Below are positions 11,691 to 22,728 of a stretch of 64,000 nt of DNA, piece after piece. The notes below the pieces were generated by a model. That model was given only the letters and a program-made list of their open reading frames with translations. It was not told the origin of the DNA and ran no database searches. The position numbers were made by a program, and so were the translations under genes. Origin of the DNA: Mobula hypostoma (taxonomy: Eukaryota); contig NC_086097.1 of NCBI RefSeq assembly GCF_963921235.1, forward strand, positions 126,048,001 through 126,112,000, in the 5' to 3' direction. The first letter of the stretch is position 1, and each line of letters opens with the position of its first letter.

Positions 11691-13770
11691 CAGTGATTTC
11701 CAAACTTGTTTGGGTTACCACCCTCTTGGTTCCCAGACCATATTCCCTGTTCCCCTTTCCCTTTTCAGCCATTACATAAAATCTATAAAGAATTCTGATT
11801 TACGACGCGCAGTGAAAGCAACTTTAAAACAGTGGGAAATAATTGCAAGAATTATTCAAATCTATTTGAAGCTACAAATATAATTATTTATTTTACTTAC
11901 AGTAAAAACAATTTTAGAGTGCACATTAGTAACCTAACTCTTCACTACTTCTTTGCTTTTTCACCTTTCAATGAGATGGGTGGGTTTAGTGCAGTGATGT
12001 CAGCTTCTCAATGTCAGGGCGATTGTCACTCAGAAGGAGTTTCAGATCCCTACATTTAGCCTGTTTCATTGCTTTGAAAGAAGTTGGGCGACTGCACTGA
12101 AACCACACTCCACTAAATATGATGTTGGATAGACATCTTGAGCTTTTTCCACAGTGCAGGGTAGTCCTCAGAGGTTTCTTTCTGCAACCAAAAGTCTTGA
12201 TATGACTTTTGAACCTCGGCTTCAGCTGAAAAGTCATTTCATAACGAGATCAGTTCTTCCTCCATCCTTCCTGTTAGTTCCTCATTACAAGTGTTCAGGA
12301 ATGGATTCATTTCCCAATCTGGAATTTGGATCAAGAGAAGATTCTGAAACCTCTATGACATGTATTTATGCAGCTCACCCAGGCGGACTCAGTATACTTG
12401 AAGATCGTCATCTGGTATTCTTTCTTTCTCTTCCAAATCAGAGAAGCTCGGAAATTGGAAAAGGTCACAACAGCCAACATTGCACTTAAAGAAAGCTAAC
12501 TTGCTCAGAAAAGTGGAGATGACTTATTTAACATTGATAAGATTCATATAATTTCCTTGAAATTGAAGATTGATTTAGTTAAACTTTGCAAATAATTCTA
12601 ACAAATAAGCAATGCTATGCCCAAAATTCTTGAGTTGATTACTGAATGAAGCATTCAAATTTCAAAGAATTTTATCACTGTTTCAAAAAGCACATAAAAG
12701 CCTCTCAGGCAATCTTCTTTTGAGAGCCATCTGACTTCTGTATGCAACAGTAAATGTTCAAACTGTTCATTATTCTCAATACAAAGTTCTTGAAATAGTC
12801 AAGAATTGAGAGCAAAAGACTTGATTTTATTTACTGCTGTGATAACAGTATTTAATGATTTCTGCAGCTGATCACTAGGTTTTATATAGGATGTTGTCAG
12901 TGAATTATCCAAAGAATGATAAATATATTAGGTGCAGCCCGGATAGTTTCATTGCCTCATTTGAAAACACTTTTTTTTACACAACAGACACATTTGCTGC
13001 TGTTGGTTGCTTGGTGCTGGTATAAATCCATTTTTCAGATACTCTACACTATACCGTCTACTCTTCTTTTTTGTTTGGTCTGCTTCTGCCATTTTTGTAA
13101 TGGATTAATGACCACAATCAATCGTCTGTTGTTTAAGTCCAACCTTAGGCACTGCATTCAATAAGGGGGAAAGTTATGACATCATCATAGCTCAGGCAAA
13201 ACCTGACTCTCAGGCTGAAGGTACAGAAAGTGGGGAAGTGATATCTCAGTTCGACCATGGGCAAGGAAAATGTGGTCAAGACCATTCAAAAGGGCAAATG
13301 CTGAAATTTACCTCACTGAATGTCATACCCTTATTTACAAGAATTGTGTCACTGTGTGATTAGAGTATGTGAATTGTACTAGCTGAAACTGTGCTACAGT
13401 AGTAAATGGCAATAACTGGGGGGCTGGGGCTGGAAATAACATGATTTCTTCAGTCCAGATTTCTCATGTTACGCCAGATACAAAAGTGTCATATTGCTTT
13501 TCAACAACTATAACGTGCTTCGAACAAATTCTAAGAGAACGGTGGGTTAGCAAGAGATAAGGTGATTACGTGATCATTGTATTGAATTATGAGATAATGA
13601 GGTTCAAATGCTTATAAAAAGTAATTAATTTCTTAAATTAAGTCTGTAATCCCTCAGCTTCCCCCCTTACTACTAAGCACCTCCCCCTACCGCCCCCTTT
13701 ATCTTTATTGCTCCCTTGGAAACTCCAACTCTCCCGGGGGGGGCAATATTGCCCACATTGGGAACCACTG
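11691..13770 (-). mobile_element. hAT (Charlie/Buster-like) element with decayed transposase
   Basis: 8-bp TSD ctctagat at 11683-11690 and 13771-13778. Ends cagtgatttccaa / ttgggaaccactg. Minus-strand dimerisation-domain remnants (SEDYPALWKK, ECGFSAV, RDLKLLLSDNRPDIEKL). Confidence 0.88.
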
Positions 13771-15160
13771 CTCTAGATTTAAAGAGACTGGTGCAAAAAC
13801 AAAAAAAAAATCCAGTGAGCAGCAGTTCCATGGGCAAAAATGGCTTGTTAACGAGGGGCCTCTGAGGAGAATGGCCAGAATAGTTTAAGCTGACGGGAAG
13901 CCATCAGTAACTCAAATAACCACGTTACAACAGTGGTGTGCAGAAGAGCATCTCTAAACGCACGATACTTTGAACCTTGAAGCGGAAGGATTACAGCAGC
14001 AGAAGACCTAATAAAGTGACCACTGAGTGTATGTACTGCTGGGTGTCAATATAGCATTCTATCCAAAGGGCCGAATGGACAACTCTGTGTCCTTTATGAG
14101 CTGCTCTCTCTTCCACTGGCTGCACATTCTGCTCAGTATTACCATTCACACCACACAATTGCCGGAAGAGTGCCAGGCAATGACAATAACTAGCAAGAAC
14201 AAATCCCCGCTCATTGATTGACATGGTCATCCATTGTGTCCATCAATGCCAGGAAACCTGTGTGGGAGAGTTTTTAAAGTGAAAAGCCATTGCACTGGGG
14301 ATGTTCTACTCTCTTGACCTCAGAGGTCCAGGTCTAGAAGTCTGAGTAGTCGGACTGGGGTCTTTCTTGCTTGCAGTGGATGAACCAGACTTCAGTGCCT
14401 CGCTGTGTCCCTCACTTTCCACGAAACATTGCAGAACCTTATTCCTGGCTGTTTGATCTCTGTGTTAATATTATCCAACCATGCCAAAGCAAAGCTGGGA
14501 CAGGCATGTCCCTTTTTCACTGGGTATGAGGCCTGCTGGCTATCCTCATCTAGTTTAGCTAGCCCATCAAAGCGGTGTGGCCACTGTCACATGCAAACAG
14601 CCACGGAGCCACAAGTGAGAGCTGGAACCAAAAATGAATGAGCTGCCTCAATGGATGCAACAATCCCCTTCACCAGAGGTACTGCCCCTCCCTGGACTCC
14701 ACATACTCTCCTCCATGCTGTTACCATCACTGAATCCTAGGAATGACCATTGAACAGATACTGAACTTGGAGTACAGTAGTCAGGTGTATACAGATGACT
14801 ATAGGAGCAGATCAGCAGTATTTCTTTGTTCTGCTATGAATGCCTGCAAGAACATAAATCTCAGGGTAGTATATAGTGGCATGTGCACACAGTGGCCACT
14901 TTATGAGGTACCTCCTGTTCGTACTCTTCTGCTGCTGTAGCCTGTCCACTTCAAGGTTCGACAAACTGTGTATTCAGAGATGATCTTCTGCACATCCCTG
15001 TTGTAACATGTGGTTATTTGAGTTATTGTCACCTTCCTGTCAGCTTGAACCAGTCTGGCCATTCTCCTCTGAACTCTGTCATTAACAAGCCATCTTTGCC
15101 CACAGAACTGCCACTCGCTGGACAGTTTGTTTTTCGCACCATTCTCTGTGAACTGAAGAG

Positions 15161-15239
15161 CTGGGGTTCCAAGCTTTTTTATGCTATGGACTAATACCAT
15201 TACCCAAGGGGTCTGTGGACCCCATGTTGGGAGCTCCTG
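15161..15239. mobile_element. ~80-bp hAT MITE; related copies at 30236-30315 and ~62511-62603
   Basis: CAGGGGTT.CCAAC-type TIRs; imperfect 8-bp TSDs ctgaagag/ctctagag here and gtataggg/gtgtaggg at the 30236 copy. Confidence 0.7.
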
Positions 15240-15499
15240 CTCTAGAGACTGTTGTGTGTGAAAATCCCAGGAGATCAGCAGTTTCTGCTGACACCAACAA
15301 TCACATTTCTTCCCCATTCTGAAGTTTGGTCCGGACAAAATCCGAACCACTTGACCATGTCTGCATCCTCTTATGCATTGAGTTGCTGCCACATGATTGG
15401 CTGATTAGATGTGTACCTAATAAAGTGGCCACTGAACGCACGTATTTTGATAATAAATATAATTTTAAGTTTGAATTTTTGCATTTTGTGAAATCCTGT

Positions 15500-16218
15500 G
15501 GCGAGAAACTCATCATCTAACTCCCCAAAGCCTATTCACCATCTACAAGGCTCAATTCCAGAGTGTGATGGAATATTCTCCACTTGCCTGGATGAGTGCA
15601 GCTTCAACCACACTCAAGATGATGGACATGGTAGTCCACTTGATGGGCATTCCATCCACAACCATTCAACCACTCCTGAGTTCAGTTTCTGCTCAATGAT
15701 CATCCCCAGGATTCAGTGATAGTAATACCTCTGAGGGGTGCGTAGGGTGTACAGGTTGGGGTAGAACCTCTGGTGAAGGGGCTTGTCATGTCCATTCTGG
15801 GGCAGCTCACTTGCCTTTGATCTCCACTGGATACTCAGCACATGTCGTAGCTTTTGTACTGTCTGCAGAGTGTGCAGCAGGGACTAACCAACTTTCCTTG
15901 GGCAGCACTTTCCAAACAAGTTCTACCAGCTGGAAGGACAAGGGGAGCAGATGCATGGGAAACACCACCAGCTGGAAGTTGCCCTCCAAGCCATGCACCA
16001 TCCTGACTTGGAAATACTGTAGATGACTGTTCCTTCACATTCATTGCATCCAAATCCCGGATCTCTCATCAACAGCATGTTGGGTTTATCCACACCTTAT
16101 GAATTGTGAAGGTTCATGAAGGCAGCTCATCAGTTCTTCTCAAGGGCAACTAAGGATGGGCAATTAAATGCCATCTTAGCTTGCAATGCCCACATTCCTT
16201 GAATGAATATTAAAAAAC
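15500..16218 (+). mobile_element. L2/CR1-group LINE 3' end
   Basis: accatcctgacttggaaata...ctcaagggcaactaaggatgggcaattaaatgcc...gaatgaatattaaaaaa, a recognisable elasmobranch LINE tail. Confidence 0.55.
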
Positions 16219-16519
16219 AACCTGCATGTCCTGCTGTCCATCTCATTGGCTGCAGGCACTGCGCCTTGGGGAAGACATAGAACAATCTTTGTTACACTCT
16301 CACTCGGGCCCACTCCCACAACTCTTTCTCCAGGAAATTGGTGAGCTGTCGATGCTGCCTCCTGCACTTGTGCAGAACTGGAACATTTCCAATTTCCGCC
16401 GAAGACTCACCTTCACAAAATCCATCTTTGACACTTGCCCTCCCTTGCTGGATCACTCCATCTGCGTCTCAAAGCACAGACTGGCTACAAGAAAATAGAT
16501 ACCCCAACTATCTTAAGCA

Positions 16520-16960
16520 TGCTTCTTGGTTGCTGCCTGAACCAGAGAACGTGTCTTATGAGAATAGGCTGAGCAAGCTGAGACTTTTCTCTTTGGAGCG
16601 AAGGAGAATGAGAGGTGACTTGATAGAGGTGTACAAGATGATAAGAGCCCATGGAGTGGACAGCCAGAGACATTTTTCTAGGGTGGAATGGCTAGTACAA
16701 GGGGAATAATTTCAAGGTGATTAGAGAAAAGTATAAGAGGGATGTCAGAGTAGGTGGCAAGTGCATGGAATGCACTGATGGGGTGGTGGAGGCAGATACA
16801 CTGGAGCATTTAAGGAACTCTTAAATAGGCACATGGATAATGGAAAATGGAGGGTTATGTAGAAGGGAACAGATTGATCATGGAGTAGGTTAAAAGGTCA
16901 GCACAACATCATGGGCCAAAGGGCCTGTAGAGTGCTGTAATGTTCTATCTTCTATGTTGT
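16520..16960 (+). mobile_element. CR1 3' fragment
   Basis: YENRLSKLRLFSLERRRMRGDLIEVYKMI; tail tgttctatcttctatgtt. Confidence 0.85.
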
Positions 16961-17429
16961 TCCCACCATGCTTCCTGTAAGGAATACATTCCATTCCCTC
17001 AGTTCCTGTCTCTGTCACCTTAACTCCAATTATGTGATTTTCCACACAAGTACTTCTGAAATGTTTAGTTGTCCCTGAACTGAGGTTTCCACTTCACATA
17101 GTGGACAGAGCCTTTAACAGCATCTATTTCCCGCACATCTTCTTCACCCTATCTCCTACTGGAAAGAGCAAGGAGGGAGCCTCTTGTCAACTTCCACCCA
17201 CCAGCCTTCAGTGGATCATCCTTTGCAATTTCTGCCAGCTTCATCAAGATTACAGAACCAGGCACATATTCCTTCCCTTTCAGGTTTTCAAAGGGGTCAC
17301 TCAACCTGTGACTCCAAGGTCCACTCTTCCACCAACCACTCACTTACTTACAGAACTTTCTCAAACAACTACAGAAGGTACAAAACCTAAGCTTTTACTC
17401 CTTCCTTCCACTGACCCAAACATTCCTTC

Positions 17430-18030
17430 AAGAACATAGAACATTACAGCACAGCACAGACTCTCTGGCCCATGATACTGCGCTGATGTTTTAACCTACT
17501 CTAAGATCAACTTAACCCTTCCATCCTACATAGGGCTGTTTTTCTATCATCCCTGTACCTACCTAAGAGTTACTTAAATGTCCCTAATGTATCTGCCTCT
17601 ACCACCACCCCGGGTGTTCCCACTATTCTCTGTATAAAGAGCATACCTTTAAGATCCGCCCCAAACTTACCTCCAAGTACGCCCCCTCACATTAGCTCTT
17701 TCTGCCCTGGGAAAATGTCTCTGGCTATCTACCCAAATCATTCCTCTCATCATCTTGTACATCCCTATCAAGTCACCTCTCATCCCCATTCGCTCCAAAG
17801 AGAAAAACCCTAGCTCATTCAATTTATCCTGCTCTCTAATCCAGGCAGTATCCTGGTAAATCTGCTCTGAAGATTCTCTGAAGCTTCCACATACTTCCTA
17901 CAATGAGGCAACCCGAACTGAACGCAATATCCTAAGTGTAATCTGACCAGGATTTTATAGAGCTGCAACATTTTCTTGAAGCCCTTGACTTCAATCCCCT
18001 AATAATGAAGGCTAACACACTGCATGCTTC
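17430..18030 (-). mobile_element. CR1 3' fragment nested in a Penelope remnant (16960-18270)
   Basis: Tail aagaacatagaacattacagcacag. The flanks resume Penelope-type sequence (CQLEEHHLIFHLG at ~18210-18250). Confidence 0.75.
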
Positions 18031-19428
18031 AATTTTTCTGCACTTCTTCTAGTCTAGTGTACTGCACTCACAATGTGGTCTCCTCTGCATTGGAGAAACC
18101 AAAAACAAGAGTGGGTGACTGCTTTGTGGAACACCCGTGTTCAGTCCTCAGAGCCACCTGAAGCCAGCCACTATCATTCTCTCTGTGGACTCCCGCAGTG
18201 AAGTTCATTGCCAGCTTGAAGAACACCACCTCATCTTCCACCTGGGCACTTCTTCAACTTTAGTTAGTTTTCACTTTCTTCCTGTTTGTATCAGAACTGT
18301 TAGGCAGTACTGTCATCTTGGCTCAGTTTTTTAATTTTTTAAAATTATGTTCTTTGTACACCCTGCTGCCCTGTTTGGGCATGTCATACAACTATCCAAA
18401 GAGTAGCACATTACACAAAGAAGCTTGGTCTGATTTGAACTTCCCCAAAATAGCCACATTAGGTCATCTGATTTCACTCTTGTCAGAGACATTTTCTTTG
18501 TTTCACCACCCCTTTTCCCACCTTCTTAGACTAAATTGCTTCTCTCTTATTCAGTTCTGATAAAAAGTTCCTGGACCTGAAACACTGAACCTTGAAGTGG
18601 ATGGGTATAGCAAGAAGACTATGGACATACACTCAGTGTATTTCCTATTACATGCTTTCACATTCTCTAATTACACATAGAACCCTATCCTATTGCCTGT
18701 ATACATTGTCAAAGGTTACGGGGAGGTAGGAGTGGTCTTCAGAGGGACAATAAATCAACCATGATCGAATGGTGGAACAGACTCAATGAGCTGAATGATC
18801 TAATTCTGCGGCTGTATCTTATGGTCTTGTACCCTGCTCTATGCCACTGGCTGCACCATCAAGGATTAACGAACACAATTGTGGGACCCACACAGTCCAA
18901 AATGGAAGGAATTATAAACAGGAACAAAGAAATGGAGGAACTCTCTGTGGCCACTTTTATTAGACACTTCCTGTACCTAATTACAGTGGCTACTAAGTGC
19001 ATGTTTCTGGTCTTCTGCTGCTGTATTCCTTCCCCTTCAAGAAGTGACGTGTTGTGCATTCAGAGATGCTCTTTTGCACACCACTGTTGTAAAGTGTGGT
19101 TTTTTGAGTTACTGTTGTCTTCCTGCAAGCTTGAACATGTCTGGGCATTCTCCTCTGACCTCTCAAGACATTTTTGCCCACAGAACTACCTCTCACTGGA
19201 TTTTTTTTTTTGCACTGTTCTCTGTAAACTAATGACTGATTAGATATTTGAGTTAAAACAGCAGGTATACAGGTGTACCTAATGAATTGACCACTGAGTG
19301 TAGGTGGGTATTAACATCTCTGAAGGTCTATCCTGCACCCAACATATTGATGTAATTACAGAGAAGGCAGGCCAGTGTCTACATTTCATTAGGAGTTTGA
19401 GGAGATTTGGTATGTCACCAAAGCATAT

Positions 19429-20194
19429 AGAATGCTCTGGTTAAGGTTTATACTGCTATGCTGTAGGTATTTCATTTCAACAGTTCTCTGCAAAAGCAGT
19501 GTGAGCTGCTGGTAGAATGTTTTGGTTTTAGCTAGAGATAAGAGGCCTGCTGTTTCACTTAGGAATGTGCGTCAGCTAATCAGAATCCTGGTATCAGGAG
19601 AAAGTTCCAGGAAGTTTTGGTGACAGGGTGCAGTTCACGGCTCTTTTGGCAGGAGCTGGAAAGGTGGCTGAGTATGCTGTGGGAAAGAGCATCTCCTTTG
19701 CATGAGGTGCTTTGTGCAAATGAATGTTCCCAAGGAAGAAGGGCTAATACTCTTGAGAGAGCGCCCATTTGCTTGAGATGGAGTTTGAGCCAAGTTTGGA
19801 ATGTGGTTTGTGCTTTGATGCAGACCATGGGTTCAGCACGTGATTTAAAAATGCTCCAAGATGAACTTTAACTTTACATGTACATTTGGACTGGTTTAAC
19901 TGTAATGGGCACCTTTCTGTTCCTACTGTTCTATAAAGCTGACATTTTTAAATATACTTTATAATTTTATGTGGTGCATGATCTATTATTTCTTGCTGAC
20001 TGACAAATGTGTATGGGCAGTTTTTACACTGCATTCGCTCAAACTGAGTTTTCTTTAATCAGAATATCGCAACATTCCTGTTTAGTTGAACCCCGTATCA
20101 TACCAACCTGATGTACATTGTTTGTGAAAGGTGGCCTTCCCACCACGGAGTTCCGTGGCTGTTAGCAAGCTTGGTGGGGGGGGGGGGGGCTACA
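19429..20194. mobile_element. Probable solo LTR interrupting a Rex1-like fragment
   Basis: Flanked by catat at 19424-19428 and 20195-20199; ends ...GGGGGCTACA; the host RT sequence resumes on both sides. The 5' TG is not intact. Confidence 0.55.
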
Positions 20195-22050
20195 CATATT
20201 TCTACAGATCTATCATGGAGAGCATTCTGACTGCTTGCATCACTGCCTGGCATGGAGGGGCCACTGCACAGGACTGGAAGAGTAGCAGTGGGTTGTAGAT
20301 TCAGCCAGTTCCATCATAGGCGCAAGTCTCACCACCATTGAGAAAATCTTCAAAAGGCAGTATCTCAAAAAAGTCAGCACCCATCATTAAGAAGCCTCAC
20401 CACCAAGCACAATCTCTTCTCATTGCTACCATCAAGGAGGTACAATAGCCTGAACATAAAGTCAATGATTTAGGAACAGCAACTTCCCCTCTGCCATCAC
20501 ATTTCTGAATAGTCCATGAAGCTCTTTACTAAGTGAGGGTTCAGTGTCTGGCACGTGCCTACTGGAAGAGTAGCGGATTCACAAAGAGAAAAATCTGCAG
20601 ATGCTGGAAATCCAAGCAACACACAAAATGCTGGAGGAACTCAGCAGGCCAGGCAGCATCTATGGAAAAAGAGTAAAGAATTTATGTTTTGTGCTGAGAC
20701 CCTTCATCAAGACCAGAGGAAATTAAAAAAAGCAATAGTAGTGGAGTCAGTTTAATTATACCATTCAAAGAGAGTATCTGTGCAGCTTTGGGAAGGACTT
20801 GAAAAGCTCAGCCAGCCTCTTTCCACGTCATATTCATTGAAGTTCTGTGAAACAGACCTCACAATGTTCGTACACCATCACAGAAATATGCAGCTGTCTA
20901 TAGGGAGTTTGTACAATTTGCCTGTAATCTCGCGGGTTTCTTCCCACATTCCAAGTATGTTAATCGGTCACATTGGTGTGATTGGGTGGCGCAGGATCAT
21001 TAGTCAAGAAGGACCTGTTACCGTGCTGTATCTCTAAAACAAATGAACCACGGCTGTTTCATCTGCTTGTTGAAAAGCCAATAGGTGCAGACAGTGGCAA
21101 TCAGATGATACCCTAATTATGGTACAAGACACTAAGCTATTCTCATTAAGGCAAAGGAAGTCAAAGTTATTGATTCCAGAAATCTTATTCTAAATCATGA
21201 AGTACAGTATTTCTTCTTTCCAAGTGGAATCACCATTGCCAATCTTTTATATTACCTCAATGAGGCAGAAGCACATGGCTCATTATTTTCTGATTATAAA
21301 TATTGGTAAAAGATGGGTATAGATAGCTCGCATGTAGAAGTCTAGAATTTCTAGTATATCAAGGCTTGGATTTTAGGTGTGGAAAGGGTTAATATTTCAT
21401 ATACAGTCAACTCAATGTTTGTGAACGTGGGTAGCAAATAATATTAAAATAGCAACACAATTGTGGCTTTTAAAAACAGCACTAAAAATATTCAGATGAA
21501 GCAGTCAGTCAAAACCTACTGTCTACCGTCTGCCATCAGATTTCTGAACGGGCAATGAACCAACCCATAACTACTACCTCACTATTTTTCCCTCAATTCT
21601 TGAACTAAATTAAAAAAAATTATTTCCTATCGTAACTTCTGTGTATTACACTGTTCTGCTGCCATGAAACAACAAATTTCACAACATATGGCTGTGATAT
21701 TAACCCTGATTCCTCTCTGCTGGTAAGCACTGAAGTGATAAGATATTATGATGTGCTAAGACATTTTATCAATGCAAGCGCTCCAAGAAAAACATGTCAG
21801 TCAGCTTGGATTCTTCTCTATTTGTAGTTGTTTTATATTCATCCACTTTAAATAACAGAAGGAAAGAAAACTTGAGAAACTCACCTTATCTGAAGCAAAG
21901 AAAATGTAGGGCCCTTTTGTAAATAATTGTGTAGGGTTTTGTACAGCAATATTTTTAATCAGATTTGCACTGTAACTCAAGTGTTCTCATCTTTAACAAT
22001 CAGGGTTCGATTAACAAAAACCCTGAGGTAAACAAAAATGAGATATACAT

Positions 22051-22327
22051 TTTATTGGAAGTCAATAACAGGGACAATAGATCATATAAAGTTTGCTGCA
22101 ATTTTACATTTATTAAACTACAGAATGAAGCACATATTTTACACATTCTAAACATTTTACACATCAAATCGCTCTGGTTATTCTGTTAAATGGGCAAATG
22201 AAAACCTCAAGACATCTATGACAAGAATATCTGTATAAAAATTGTGAATATGTAAACTGTTTAAGCAGGGAACCCAGTGATAGGTTTCCACCTCTTCCAA
22301 GTCATCCATTTTGTTGCATATTTTATT
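22051..22327 (-). terminator. AZIN1: Candidate AZIN1 polyadenylation signals
   Basis: Minus-strand AATAAA at 22327-22322, 22114-22109 and 22056-22051. The last is followed by a U/GU-rich stretch. Confidence 0.6.
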
Positions 22328-22598
22328 GTTGGTTTGTGGGGGAAGGGAGGGAGGGAGAAAGTAAAAAGTTACATCAACTCACAGGCTTTGTTTCAGATGG
22401 TTAAATGCTAATTTCTTTTTTTTGCATGACCACTGGTAGTTATTCTAGCCAATTTCTGCCTGGTCCCGATTAACTACATCAAGTGTTCAAGTTAAATTTT
22501 AAACAAAAACATTAAGAAAGCAAGATTGTTCCACTGGTTTCCTTCCGTGTTGGAAAGTCAACCAGACATGCGACTGAACAGAATGGCAATTCTGTAAC

Positions 22599-22728
22599 TT
22601 AAGCACTGATGCCAGACAAACCGGTAGCCGGAAAGCCACTTTCCCGGCTCAGCTGGAAACAAGAAGGCACACATGAAGAGTTCTTCACTGATGTTTCCAA
22701 TGTTAAACCAACTTCCTGCATCCAACAC
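22599..22728 (-). CDS. AZIN1: AZIN1 last coding exon (exon 12) to stop codon
   Basis: [42 protein letters not shown], similar to the recalled human MQDAG...KNFFFVPSCIQLSQE; acceptor cttttgtcccag; TAA at 22601-22599. Confidence 0.9.
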
